From the NCBI GenBank assembly GCA_038258415.1, contig JBBSPY010000001.1, positions 1 to 53,765 of the forward strand: a stretch of DNA of 53,765 nucleotides, given 5' to 3'. Position numbers and translations under genes: made by a program. Positions 38,754-48,661 of the stretch are shown one piece after another. This DNA is from Burkholderiales bacterium (lineage in GTDB: Bacteria > Pseudomonadota > Gammaproteobacteria > Burkholderiales > Burkholderiaceae_C). The notes beneath the pieces are model-generated. The model did no database searches. It was not told the origin of the DNA and was given only the letters and a program-made list of their open reading frames with translations. The first letter of the stretch is position 1. The number at the start of each line of letters is the position of its first letter.

Positions 38754-40181
38754 TCACAGCCGCTGCATGCCCTGCTTGAAGACGACCTTCGCCTTGTCGA
38801 GCAGTCGCGCCGCCTCTTGCGCCTTCGCGATCCGCGCCTCGCCCGTCAGAGACAACGCGTCGGTGTGGGCCGCAGCGCCGGGCCGCCAGAAAACCATGGC
38901 GGCTGTCCAATACGCGCGGGCGTTCGACTTCGCAAGCCCTTGGGTCCTGGCATCGAGTGGATTGCCGTAGTAGTTCGCACCGTCGAGCGCCGCCGCCATG
39001 GCCATGTCGGCTCGCTTGACGCGTTGCGCGAGGTCTGCCTCGTCGCGCTCCCCGGCCGGCTTCGCGTTGCCCGCCTCCAGGTCCGACTTCCGTTTCCGAG
39101 CCTTGACCACCAGCGCCTGGATCATCGGCCGCCACGCGCCTGCCGCCGTGCCGCCGTGGGCGACCGCTTCAGCCTCCTTCAGCCAGACATCGACGATGGC
39201 GTTGTATTCCTCTTTGGTGCGACAGGGCGGACGCAACTCGGTATCGAGGCCGCTTGCCGACATCACGGCGTGGAACTCACCGTGGCTCGCGTTGAACGCG
39301 ATCAAACCCTGCTCGATGCGCGCCTTGGTCTGCGCGGAGGTTTCGCCGCCCGGATCGCACAGGGTGCGAACCAGTTGCTCGACTCCCGAACCGACATCGA
39401 CGCCGGCCTTCTTCTGGACCCCGTCGAGCACTTTTCGCGTCTGCTCGGCAATCTCGCCCGCCCTCGGATTCTCGGCTGCCCATCTGGCTCCGTCGACCGC
39501 CGCCTTCTTCGCGAACTCCGGCGCGTACTGCTCCACCGCATCGGCGATCTTCGGTCCCGCCTTCTGCATCTCCGCGATCAGCCGCTGCAGATCGCGGCCC
39601 GGCTCGGCATGCACGCCGGTGAACTTTCCGTTTCGGTAGCCCGCCACGTGAACGACGTAGAGCTGCCAATTCGCGACCCTGGTCTCGAAAGACAACCGCG
39701 GGCCGCTGGTGACCTCAGCCTTGATGCCGACGGTTCCGACGCCGCAAACCTCGAGAGCGAACGCGTCCACCTCGACCTCGCCGGTTGCACTGCGCTCGAC
39801 CGCAATGCCCTGGCTGGCGCTCAATGCGGCAGATCCGAAGGGCCCGGCCGTGCCGAAGTGGAAGGTGCGGCCGCCGCCCACCTCGAGCAAGCCCGTCAAC
39901 TTGACCTGCAGCTTGGCGCCCGCGGCCGACATGTCTCTGCGTACCGACACCTCGCCTTCCAGCGCGACCTTCACCTTTGCCTTGGCGTAGCACGGGATGA
40001 TCCAGACGTTGAAGTTCTTTTCGATCAGATCCTTCTCTTCCTCGTACGCGACCCCGACCGACGTCTCGTCGCCGCTGATCTTGACGGCGAGGGAGTTGTT
40101 GCCCCGGCTCACGTTGGATTCCAAAGGACGCGGCGGTGGCAGTCCCAACATCGTCAGCAGCCCCGACGCAGCCGTTGTCAT
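38754..40181 (-). CDS. Hypothetical protein (475 aa)
   Basis: Long open frame with protein-like composition and GGAGG before ATG 40181; no family recognised. Confidence 0.7.
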   Translation of the reverse strand: MTTAASGLLTMLGLPPPRPLESNVSRGNNSLAVKISGDETSVGVAYEEEKDLIEKNFNVWIIPCYAKAKVKVALEGEVSVRRDMSAAGAKLQVKLTGLLEVGGGRTFHFGTAGPFGSAALSASQGIAVERSATGEVEVDAFALEVCGVGTVGIKAEVTSGPRLSFETRVANWQLYVVHVAGYRNGKFTGVHAEPGRDLQRLIAEMQKAGPKIADAVEQYAPEFAKKAAVDGARWAAENPRAGEIAEQTRKVLDGVQKKAGVDVGSGVEQLVRTLCDPGGETSAQTKARIEQGLIAFNASHGEFHAVMSASGLDTELRPPCRTKEEYNAIVDVWLKEAEAVAHGGTAAGAWRPMIQALVVKARKRKSDLEAGNAKPAGERDEADLAQRVKRADMAMAAALDGANYYGNPLDARTQGLAKSNARAYWTAAMVFWRPGAAAHTDALSLTGEARIAKAQEAARLLDKAKVVFKQGMQRL

Positions 40182-40300
40182 GTGGCCTCCGGACCGGTCG
40201 CTACAGGTGAACGCGGGCGATGCGACATGGCGACTCCTTGCGCCACGCGACATCGCGGCGTCTGCAGTCAAAGACGCAATCGCATCGGCAAAGGGATCAT

Positions 40301-40328
40301 CCGTTGCTCCGCTTCATCGGAACAACGG
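40301..40328 (-). terminator. Hairpin downstream of trpS (possible terminator)
   Basis: CCGTTGCTCCG-N6-CGGAACAACGG inverted repeat with one mismatch; weak U-tract. Confidence 0.3.
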
Positions 40329-40367
40329 CCGTATCGAGTCGTCGCTCGCGGCCGAGGAGCGCCGGGC

Positions 40368-41594
40368 TCAATACGCCAGGCCGACGGCCTCGCGCACCTC
40401 GCGCATCGTCTCGCGCGCCGCAGTCCTCGCCCGCTCGGTTCCGACCTCGACGATCCAGTGCACGCGCTTCGGGTCGGCGAGGTATGCCTCGGCACGCTCG
40501 CGCCATGGCTTCTGTTCGGCGAGGATCGCGTCGATCACCGGCTGCTTGCACTCGAGGCAGCCGATCCCTGCGGTCGTGCAGCCCTTGACCACCCAAGCTT
40601 TCGTCTCGGCGTTCGAGTAGACCTGGTGGAACTGCCACACCGGGCACTTCTCCGGGTCGCCCGGGTCGGTGCGGTGCACCCGCGCCGGGTCGGTCGGCAT
40701 GCGGCGGATCTTCTTCTCGACCTCGGCCGGCGGCTCGCGCATCGCGATCGCGTTGCCATAGCTCTTGCTCATCTTCGAGCCGTCGAGGCCCGGCAGCTTC
40801 TTCACCTCGGTGTGCAGCGCCTTCGGCTCGACGAGGATCGTCTTGCCGGTGCCGCGCAGGAAACCGTCGAGCCGCTCGCGGTCGTCGGTCGAGAGCGAGT
40901 TGCCCGCGGCGATCACCTCCCGGCCGCGCTGCAGCGCGGCGTCACCGCCGCCGTCTTCCTGGAACGACTTCCGTGCCGCCTCGAACGCCTTCGCCGCGTC
41001 CTTGCCGAGCTTCTTCACCACGGCACGGGCAAGCTCGTCGAAGTTCGGCTCGCGGCCGTAGAGGTGGTTGAAGCGCCTGGCCACCTCGCGCGTCAGCTCG
41101 ACGTGCGACGACTGGTCCTCGCCGACCGGCACGTAGCCGGCCTTGTAGATGAGGATGTCGGCCGCCTGCAGCAGCGGGTAGCCGAGAAAGCCGTAGGTCG
41201 CGAGGTCGCGGTCCTTCAGCTTTTCGATCTGGTCCTTGTACGTCGGCACGCGCTCGAGCCAGCCGAGCGGCGTTCCCATCGCCAGCAGCGTGAACAGCTC
41301 CGCGTGCTCGGGCAGGCGGCTCTGGATGAAGATCGTCGAGCGGTCGGGGTCGAGGCCGGCGGCGAGCCAGTCGACCACCATGTCGTAGACGGCCGACTCG
41401 ATGACGCCGCGCTCTTCGTAGTGCGTCGTCAGCGCGTGCCAGTCGGCAACGAAGAAGAAGCACTCGTAGTCGTCCTGCAGCCGCACCCAGTTCTTCAGCG
41501 CGCCGTGGTAGTGGCCGAGGTGCATCGCACCGGTCGGCCGCATGCCGGAGAGGACGCGTTCGCGGCGTGTCGGAGGGGTGGCGGGTGTCGTCAT
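40368..41594 (-). CDS. trpS: Tryptophan--tRNA ligase
   Basis: SGMRPTG..HLGH, VPVGEDQ and KMSKS. Confidence 0.96.
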   Translation of the reverse strand: MTTPATPPTRRERVLSGMRPTGAMHLGHYHGALKNWVRLQDDYECFFFVADWHALTTHYEERGVIESAVYDMVVDWLAAGLDPDRSTIFIQSRLPEHAELFTLLAMGTPLGWLERVPTYKDQIEKLKDRDLATYGFLGYPLLQAADILIYKAGYVPVGEDQSSHVELTREVARRFNHLYGREPNFDELARAVVKKLGKDAAKAFEAARKSFQEDGGGDAALQRGREVIAAGNSLSTDDRERLDGFLRGTGKTILVEPKALHTEVKKLPGLDGSKMSKSYGNAIAMREPPAEVEKKIRRMPTDPARVHRTDPGDPEKCPVWQFHQVYSNAETKAWVVKGCTTAGIGCLECKQPVIDAILAEQKPWRERAEAYLADPKRVHWIVEVGTERARTAARETMREVREAVGLAY

Positions 41595-41651
41595 GGCGGC
41601 GGCGGATTGTAGGGAGGCGTCCGGAGAGGCGGCCGATACACTCGCGCCGCC

Positions 41652-42278
41652 ATGAAGCAGATCGTCGTGTTGATCTCGGGCCGGGGCTCGAACATGGAGG
41701 CGATCGTCGAGGCCTGCGCCGCCGAGCGCTGGGACGCGCGGGTGGTCGCCGTGATCGCCAACCGGGCCGACGCCGCCGGGCTCGCCTTCGCCGCGTCGCG
41801 CGGCATCGCAACCGCGGTGGTCGACCATCGCGCGTTCGCCTCTCGCGACGCCTTCGACGACGCCCTCGCCGAGGCGATCGACGCCCACGGCGCAGACATC
41901 GTCGCGCTCGCCGGCTTCATGCGCATCCTCGGCGTGGCCTTCGTGCGGCGCTACGAAGGGCGGCTCGTCAACATCCACCCGTCGCTGCTGCCGCTGTTTC
42001 CCGGCCTGCACACGCATCGCCGCGCGATCGAGGCCGGATGCAAGGTGGCGGGCGCAACGGTGCACTTCGTCACCGCCGATCTCGACCACGGCCCGATCGT
42101 CGCCCAGGCGACAGCGCCGGTGCTCGACAGTGACGACGAGGACACGCTGGCCGTGCGCGTGCTGGCGCAGGAGCATCGCCTCTACCCGTTGGCGCTGCGC
42201 TGGATCGTGTCGGACCGGCTCGCCCGCGACGGCATGCGCGTGCGCCAGCTGGACGGCGACGCCCAACTCCTCGAATAG
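41652..42278 (+). CDS. purN: Phosphoribosylglycinamide formyltransferase
   Basis: ISGRGSN, LAGFMRIL, NIHPSLLP and GATVHFV...LDHGPI. Confidence 0.96.
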   Translation: MKQIVVLISGRGSNMEAIVEACAAERWDARVVAVIANRADAAGLAFAASRGIATAVVDHRAFASRDAFDDALAEAIDAHGADIVALAGFMRILGVAFVRRYEGRLVNIHPSLLPLFPGLHTHRRAIEAGCKVAGATVHFVTADLDHGPIVAQATAPVLDSDDEDTLAVRVLAQEHRLYPLALRWIVSDRLARDGMRVRQLDGDAQLLE

Positions 42279-42291
42279 GGTCCATCGACCG

Positions 42292-43584
42292 ATGCATCCG
42301 AAGGCTCTGCTCGCGGCCGCGGCGACGCTCGTCGAGCGTGTTCTCGCCTTCGAGCAGCCGGCCGATCGCGTCGTCTTCGACTACTTGCGAGGCGAGCCGT
42401 CGCTCGGCGCCCGCCATCGCCGGGCGCTTGCCGACACCGTGTACACCGTGATCCGGGGCCTGCCGACGTGGCGATGGCGGGCGAGCGGCGGCAACGGGTC
42501 GCTGCCGAAGCGCCTGGTCACGCTTGCGTGGCAGGGCCGCGACGACGTGCTGGCGGCCGGCCTCGACGCCGACGAGCTGGCCTGGCGCGCTCGCGCGCTC
42601 GCTGCTGATCCGCGGGTCGCGCCGGAAGCACCACCGCACGACCTGCCACCGTGGCTCGTCGAGCGGGTCGAGGCCCAGATCGGCGCCGAGACGGGCGCGT
42701 GGTGCGACGCCGTCGGCCGGTCGGCGCCGCTCGACCTGCGCGTCAACGTCGCGAAGGCCTCGCGCGACCAGGCGCGCGGTCGCCTCGCCGCAGACGGCAT
42801 CGAGGGGTCGGACACGCCGTACTCGCCGCTGGGGCTGCGCGTCGCGGGTCGCGTCGACCTGCAACGCAGCGCCGCATTCCAGTCCGGCTGGATCGAGGTG
42901 CAGGACGAAGGCAGCCAGCTGCTGGCGCTGGCGCTGGGCGCCCGGCGCGGCGAAACCGTCGTCGACTTCTGCGCCGGGGCCGGCGGCAAGACGCTCGCCA
43001 TCGGCGCGCAGATGCGCGGCAAGGGCCGGCTCTACGCCCTCGATGCGTCAGCGGCCCGGCTCGCGGCGTTGCCCGAGCGCCTCGCGAGGGCGGGGCTCGA
43101 CCACGTCGTGACCATGCAGATCCACCAGGGCGATGACGACGTCCGGCTGCAGCGCCTGCGCGGCAAGGTCGATCGGGTGGTCGTCGATGCGCCGTGCTCG
43201 GGCCTGGGTACGTTGCGGCGACACCCTGACCTCGCTTGGCGGCAGACGCCCGAGACCGTGCTGGCGTTCGCATCGCTCCAGCGCCAGATCCTGGACGCCG
43301 CAGCACGGCTGGTGAGGCTGGGAGGCCGCCTCGTCTATGCGACGTGCAGTCCGCTGGCAGAGGAGAACGAGGCGATCGCGGCCGCGTTCGACGCGGCGCA
43401 GGCCGGCGCGTTCAGCCGCCTCGACCTCGGTCCGGCATTGGCGAAGGCGCAGGTCGGGTCGGCCGACGCGCTTGTCGATTCGGGCGAACTGCACCTCTGG
43501 ACGCACCGACACGGAACGGACGGTTTCTACGCCGCGGCCTGGGAACGGAACGACGGCGCGACAAACGACTCGAACGCCGGCTGA
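42292..43584 (+). CDS. RsmB/NOP family SAM-dependent RNA C5-methyltransferase
   Basis: VQDEGSQ, DFCAGAGGK, DAPCSG and YATCS...ENE. Confidence 0.92.
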   Translation: MHPKALLAAAATLVERVLAFEQPADRVVFDYLRGEPSLGARHRRALADTVYTVIRGLPTWRWRASGGNGSLPKRLVTLAWQGRDDVLAAGLDADELAWRARALAADPRVAPEAPPHDLPPWLVERVEAQIGAETGAWCDAVGRSAPLDLRVNVAKASRDQARGRLAADGIEGSDTPYSPLGLRVAGRVDLQRSAAFQSGWIEVQDEGSQLLALALGARRGETVVDFCAGAGGKTLAIGAQMRGKGRLYALDASAARLAALPERLARAGLDHVVTMQIHQGDDDVRLQRLRGKVDRVVVDAPCSGLGTLRRHPDLAWRQTPETVLAFASLQRQILDAAARLVRLGGRLVYATCSPLAEENEAIAAAFDAAQAGAFSRLDLGPALAKAQVGSADALVDSGELHLWTHRHGTDGFYAAAWERNDGATNDSNAG

Positions 43585-43599
43585 TACCCGTCGTTTCGC

Positions 43600-43629
43600 A
43601 GGGCTTTCCCTAGGAGGGTCGCCTAGAAT
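43600..43629 (+). promoter_or_regulatory. AGGGCTTTCCCT box and -10 TAGAAT upstream of the desaturase
   Basis: Near-palindrome at 43600-43611 and TAGAAT at 43624-43629. Confidence 0.4.
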
Positions 43630-43675
43630 CGGCGCATCGCCCGTGCCTGGGCCTCAACGCGGTGCCTGCTCCTCC

Positions 43676-44899
43676 ATGGAAGTCCTGAACTCGGTGTTAG
43701 ACGCGGTCGTCGACTGGCTCGGTCACGGTTTCGTGTCCTGGAACGTCTGGGGCATCGTGGCGTTCACGCTGATCGTGACGCACATCACGATCGCCGCCGT
43801 GACGATCTTCCTGCACCGCGCGCAGGCGCATCGTGCCCTCGACCTGCACGCGGTTCCGTCGCATTTCTTCCGTTTCTGGCTCTGGCTCACCACCGGCATG
43901 GTGACCAAGGAGTGGGTCGCGATCCACCGCAAGCACCACGCCAAGTGCGAGACCGTCGACGACCCGCACAGCCCGCAGACGCGCGGCATCCGCACCGTGC
44001 TCCTGCAGGGCGCAGAGCTGTACCGCACCGAGTCGCGCGTCGGCGAGACGTTGACCAAGTTCGGTCACGGCACGCCCGACGACTGGGTCGAGCGGAACCT
44101 TTACACCCGCTTCAGCTGGCAGGGCGTCGGCGTGATGCTCATCGCCGACCTCCTGCTGTTCGGCGCCGCCGGCGCTGCGGTCTGGGCGGTGCAGATGCTG
44201 TGGATCCCGATCACCGCCGCCGGCATCATCAACGGCATCGGCCACTGGTGGGGCTACCGCAACTTCGAGGCGCCCGACGCCAGCCGCAACATCGGTCCGT
44301 GGGGCATCGTGATCGGCGGCGAGGAGCTGCACAACAACCATCACACTTATCCGACGTCGGCCAAGCTGTCGGTCAAGCCCCACGAGTTCGACATCGGCTG
44401 GCTCTACATCCGCCTGCTCGAAATGGCGGGCCTCGCCACCGTGCGCAAGACCCCGCCGCAGCTCAAGCTCGGCACCGTCAAGCCGGTGGCCGACGGAACG
44501 ACGCTCGACGCGATCATCGCCAACCGCTACGAGGTGATGGCGAGCTACGCGCGCGGCCTGCGCCACGCCAGCCGGTCGGAAGTGGCGCGCCTCAAGCTCG
44601 AAGGGTCGGTGGCGGCGCACAAGCTGGCCGACATGCGAATTGCGCGGCGCTGGTTGCACCGCGACGACGACAAGATCCCGAGCGCGCTGAAGCCGCAGCT
44701 GGCGGCGGCGGTCGCGGTGAGCCCGCAGCTGGGCAAGCTCGTCGCGATGCGCGAGGAGTTGCGCCAGCTGTGGACCCGAACGGGTGTGTCGGCCGAGCAT
44801 CTCGTGGCCGACCTGCAGGCATGGCTGAAGAAGGCGGAGGAAAGCGGCATCCACATGCTGCAGGAGTTCGCGCTGCGCCTGCGCGCGGCTCACGCCTGA
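43676..44899 (+). CDS. DesA-family (delta-9) fatty acid desaturase
   Basis: His boxes HRAQAH, HRKHH and HNNHH. Confidence 0.92.
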   Translation: MEVLNSVLDAVVDWLGHGFVSWNVWGIVAFTLIVTHITIAAVTIFLHRAQAHRALDLHAVPSHFFRFWLWLTTGMVTKEWVAIHRKHHAKCETVDDPHSPQTRGIRTVLLQGAELYRTESRVGETLTKFGHGTPDDWVERNLYTRFSWQGVGVMLIADLLLFGAAGAAVWAVQMLWIPITAAGIINGIGHWWGYRNFEAPDASRNIGPWGIVIGGEELHNNHHTYPTSAKLSVKPHEFDIGWLYIRLLEMAGLATVRKTPPQLKLGTVKPVADGTTLDAIIANRYEVMASYARGLRHASRSEVARLKLEGSVAAHKLADMRIARRWLHRDDDKIPSALKPQLAAAVAVSPQLGKLVAMREELRQLWTRTGVSAEHLVADLQAWLKKAEESGIHMLQEFALRLRAAHA

Positions 44900-44905
44900 G
44901 GGGCG

Positions 44906-46201
44906 TCAGAGCTTCAGCAGCCGCGGCAGCGCCAGGCTGAGCACCGGGAACGCGACGACGATTGCCAGCAGTGCGATCTCGGCGAACACGAATGGCGTGA
45001 CGCCGCGGAAGATCGTCTTCGTCTCGATGTGCGGCAGCATGCTCTTGACGACGAACATGTTCATGCCGACCGGCGGGCTGATCAGCCCGATCTGGACGAC
45101 GACGACGATGATGATCCCGAACCACACCGGGTCGTAGCCCAGGCCGGTGACGAGCGGGAAGAACACGGGCACGGTCAGCAGGATGATCGACAGTTCCTCC
45201 ATCACCGTGCCGAGGATCACGTAGATCGTGCAGATCGCCGCCATCACCCACACCGGGTGCACCGAGTAGCGCGACACCAGGGCCTTCAGGTCGCCGGGCA
45301 TCGTCGTGTAGTTCAGGAAGTTGGTGAAGACCAGCGCGCCGACCAGGATCATGAAGAGCATCGCCGTGGTCCGGGCGCTGTCGATTAGCACCGTGACGAG
45401 GTCCCCGAGCGAGAGCGACCGGCGCAGCAACGCGATCACGAAGGCGCCGAAGGCGCCGACGCCGGCGCCCTCGGTCGCGGTGAAGACACCGCCGTAGATG
45501 CCGCCCATCACGAACACGAAGAGAAGCGCCACGGCCCAGACGTCTCGCAACGCCGAGAAGCGCTCACGCCAGGGTGCCCGCGGCGCCCGTGGCCCGGCGG
45601 CGGGATCGCGCCAGACGATGTACTGCACCGCTGCGCTGAGCAGTACGACGGCGACGATGCCTGGCAGGATCCCGGCGGCGAACAGCTTGCCGATGCTGGT
45701 GTCGGTGATGATCCCGTAGATCACCATCAGCGTCGACGGGGGGATGAGGATGCCGAGCGTGCCGCCAGCGGCGATCGAGCCGGCGGCGAGCGCGTCGCCG
45801 TAGCCGCGGTCGCGCATGGAGGGGTAGGCCACCTGAGTCATCGTCGCCGAGGTCGCGATCGACGATCCGCAGATGGCGCCGAAGCCGCCGCAGGCGAGCA
45901 CCGTCGCCGTCGCGAGGCCGCCGCGGAAGTGGCCGACGAACGTGTGCGCGGCCCTGTAGAGCTCCTTCGACATGCCGGCCTTGGTGACGAAGTTGCCCAT
46001 CAGGATGAACAGCGGCACGACCGAGAGCGTGTACTGGAAGCCTGATTCATAGACCACCTGGGTCGCCGAGGCGAGCGAGATGTTGAGGCCACGCATCCAC
46101 CAGACGCCGAAGAAGCCGATCAGGCCCATGGCGATGGCGATCGGCACGCGCAGGAAGGCGAGCACCAGCATGGCCGCGAGGCCGACGACGGCTTCGGTCA
46201 T
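44906..46201 (-). CDS. dctM: TRAP transporter large permease
   Basis: PLFILMG, GGTLGILIPPS and ISPPVG. Confidence 0.92.
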   Translation of the reverse strand: MTEAVVGLAAMLVLAFLRVPIAIAMGLIGFFGVWWMRGLNISLASATQVVYESGFQYTLSVVPLFILMGNFVTKAGMSKELYRAAHTFVGHFRGGLATATVLACGGFGAICGSSIATSATMTQVAYPSMRDRGYGDALAAGSIAAGGTLGILIPPSTLMVIYGIITDTSIGKLFAAGILPGIVAVVLLSAAVQYIVWRDPAAGPRAPRAPWRERFSALRDVWAVALLFVFVMGGIYGGVFTATEGAGVGAFGAFVIALLRRSLSLGDLVTVLIDSARTTAMLFMILVGALVFTNFLNYTTMPGDLKALVSRYSVHPVWVMAAICTIYVILGTVMEELSIILLTVPVFFPLVTGLGYDPVWFGIIIVVVVQIGLISPPVGMNMFVVKSMLPHIETKTIFRGVTPFVFAEIALLAIVVAFPVLSLALPRLLKL

Positions 46202-46208
46202 GCGGTTC

Positions 46209-46712
46209 TCAGCTCGCGTCGACGCGCGTGCCGGCGCGGTGCGGCATGAAGACGAGCGCCACGTGGATGATCGCCGTGGCGACGATCATGGCCGCCATCA
46301 AATAGGCCAGGGGCGCGAGTGGCAGCCTGAGCACGCTGGTCGTGTCGCCGTATTCCGCCACGCGCATCGCGCGACGGAAGATCAGCCAGCCGATGCCGCC
46401 CAGGGTGACCACGCAGACGAGGTCGGCGACGATGTCGAGCCCGCGCTTGAACGCCGGCGGGAAGAACGGGTCGAGCGTGTCGATGACGATGTGGCCGCGG
46501 CTCAGCGAAACGAGTGGCAGGCCGCAGTAGATGAGAGCCGCCAGCATCATCTCGGTGAGTTCGAAGCCGCCGGGAAGCGGCTTGCTGAACAGATAGCGAC
46601 CAGCGACGTCGACCGCCGTCACCATCATCAGCATGAACAGGATGATCGCCGCGGTGGCGCCGAGACCGCCCACCAGCCAGCGCATCGCCTTCGTCGTCGA
46701 AGGTCGCCTCAT
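46209..46712 (-). CDS. dctQ: TRAP transporter small permease
   Basis: DVAGRYLF..P..G..EL and HIVID, four TM helices; ATGA overlap with the aldolase stop. Confidence 0.9.
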   Translation of the reverse strand: MRRPSTTKAMRWLVGGLGATAAIILFMLMMVTAVDVAGRYLFSKPLPGGFELTEMMLAALIYCGLPLVSLSRGHIVIDTLDPFFPPAFKRGLDIVADLVCVVTLGGIGWLIFRRAMRVAEYGDTTSVLRLPLAPLAYLMAAMIVATAIIHVALVFMPHRAGTRVDAS

Positions 46713-47464
46713 GCCCTGCGGCGCGCGGCGCGTCGGGCCCACGCGTCGAAGGTCGCGTTCATGATCCGCTCGGTGCGCAGGAAGTCGCGTGCACGGCGCG
46801 CCTCGGTCGGGTCGATCGGCATGACGCCGCCGACCGCCGCGGCGTCGATCTGCAGGCGCGCCATGCGTTCCAGGAAAACGGCCAGGAAGGTGGCCTCCTG
46901 AACGCTGCGGCCGGCCGTGAGCAGGCCGTGGTGGGCGAGCAGCAGCGCGTGCTTGCCGGCGAGTGCGCCGGCGATCACTTCGCCCTCGCGGTCGGCCGTC
47001 GGCAGGCCGGGCCAGTCGGCGAGGAAGGCGCAGTCGTCGAACAGCGGCGTGGCGTCCATGTGGGCGACGACGAGCGGCTGTGCTGCAGCGGCCAGTGCCG
47101 ACGCCGACGGCGGGTGGGTGTGGACGATCGCCGCGACGTCGGGCCGCGAGCGGTAGACCCAGAGGTGGAAGCGCGTCGCCGGATTCGGCTCGCGGATTCC
47201 GTACGAGCCTGCTCCGTCGAGGACGGCGAGGTCGTCGTCGATCAGCAGCCAGGATGCCGCCTCGGCCTCGTCGAAAGCCACGCCGAGCGGCAGCGTCCAG
47301 AAGGTGCCCGCGCGCGGGCCGCGTGCCGTCAGCTGGCCTGCGAGGCCCGACTCGTGGCCCTCGTCCGCCAGGACGTGCGCGGCGTGCGTCAGGTCGGGGC
47401 GCGGATCGGCGATCGCGGCGGCGTCGGGTGCCGGCCGCAGCGCTGCGGCGCCGCGTGCCGTCAT
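46709..47464 (-). CDS. Class II aldolase/adducin family protein
   Basis: GQLTAR, NPATRFH, VHTH and LAHHG metal-binding His residues; ATGA overlap with the dctP stop. Confidence 0.88.
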   Translation of the reverse strand: MTARGAAALRPAPDAAAIADPRPDLTHAAHVLADEGHESGLAGQLTARGPRAGTFWTLPLGVAFDEAEAASWLLIDDDLAVLDGAGSYGIREPNPATRFHLWVYRSRPDVAAIVHTHPPSASALAAAAQPLVVAHMDATPLFDDCAFLADWPGLPTADREGEVIAGALAGKHALLLAHHGLLTAGRSVQEATFLAVFLERMARLQIDAAAVGGVMPIDPTEARRARDFLRTERIMNATFDAWARRAARRRA

Positions 47465-48492
47465 TTGCCGGCCGCGACCTTCTTCAGCTCCTCCTGGTAC
47501 TCCGCATACGCCTTGGCGCCGTCGACGCCCTTGGCGTCGGCCGACTTGATCCAGGCCTGCACGAGAGGCGCGGTGCGCTGCTTGACGTCGGCGACGAACG
47601 CCGGGCTCGCCTCGATGATCTCGACGTTGGCCGCCTTCATCGCCTCCAGGCCGACCTTGTCGGCCGCGTCCCACGCCTTGCCGGCGAGCCGCGCCAGCAC
47701 CTCGCCCGAGACCGACGTGATCGCGTCCTGGTCCTGCTTCGACAGCTTGTCCCATTTGTCCTGGTTCATGAAGAACCCGAACGACGACGAGTAGAAGCCG
47801 CCCGGGAAGAACGTGGCGTGGTGGATCACCTTGTCGAGGTTGAACGACTTGATCGATTCCGACGGGAAGAAGGTGCCGTCGGCGACTCCGCTCGAGAGCA
47901 GTTCGTAGGAGTCCGGCGCCGGCTTGACGAAAGGCGAGGCGCCGAGCGCTCTCGCCGATTGCTCGGAGATGCCGCCACCGGTTCGGATCTTGAGCCCCGC
48001 CAGATCGGCGATCGACGTGACCTTCTTGCTCACCGTGAACATCTGCCCCGGGCCGTGGGTGAACACGCCGAGCAGCTTCACGCCCTTGTATTCGTTGGCG
48101 GCCTGGAAATACTTCCAGTGGATGCGCGAGAACGCGACCGAGTTGATCTCCGCCGTCGCGCCGGCGCCCGGAAGCTCGGCCATCAACGGCAGGGGATGGC
48201 GCGCCGGCGTGTAGCTGGCGGTGACGTAGGAGACGTCGACGAGGCCGTCTCGCACAGCGTCGAACGTGCCCGGCGCGGCGGCGGGTGCCTTCGGCAGCAT
48301 CTGGAACTTGACGCGGCCGTTGGTGGCCTTCTCGGCCGAGGTGGCCCAGGCCTGCAGCACGTCGCGGGTCAGCAGGTGCGTCGGTCCGACCCAGCTCGAC
48401 ATCGTGAGAACGGTCTGCGCGGAGGCGAGGGGCGCGGCGGCCGCCAGCGCGAGGGCCACGGTGCACGCGGCGACGTAACGGGAGGGGTTCAT
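47461..48492 (-). CDS. dctP: TRAP substrate-binding protein
   Basis: Signal peptide; DLAGLKIR and YELLSSGVADG. Confidence 0.92.
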   Translation of the reverse strand: MNPSRYVAACTVALALAAAAPLASAQTVLTMSSWVGPTHLLTRDVLQAWATSAEKATNGRVKFQMLPKAPAAAPGTFDAVRDGLVDVSYVTASYTPARHPLPLMAELPGAGATAEINSVAFSRIHWKYFQAANEYKGVKLLGVFTHGPGQMFTVSKKVTSIADLAGLKIRTGGGISEQSARALGASPFVKPAPDSYELLSSGVADGTFFPSESIKSFNLDKVIHHATFFPGGFYSSSFGFFMNQDKWDKLSKQDQDAITSVSGEVLARLAGKAWDAADKVGLEAMKAANVEIIEASPAFVADVKQRTAPLVQAWIKSADAKGVDGAKAYAEYQEELKKVAAGK

Positions 48493-48595
48493 GGCAACAG
48501 GACTCCGGGCAACTTAGAGGGTCGAGTGGGAGCGAGCGAGTATCGTCGCATCGCGGCCGGCCGCCGCAGTGCCGCGGCGCTCTCGTAAACCCTCG

Positions 48596-48661
48596 ATGAC
48601 ACTCCTTCCAGCCTCGCCCTCGATCGGCTTCGTCGGCCTCGGCGCGAAGTGCGACGGCTGA
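48596..48661 (+). pseudogene. 21-codon remnant of a beta-hydroxyacid dehydrogenase gene
   Basis: Reads MTLLPASPSIGFVGLGAKCDG*. IGFVGLGA is the start of the NAD_binding_2 Rossmann motif, and the TGA overlaps the next ATG. Confidence 0.6.

Noticed and set aside
40860-41060. Long helical insertion in TrpRS
   Set aside because: As I recall, this is a common feature of roughly 400-aa betaproteobacterial TrpRS, so it is not novel.
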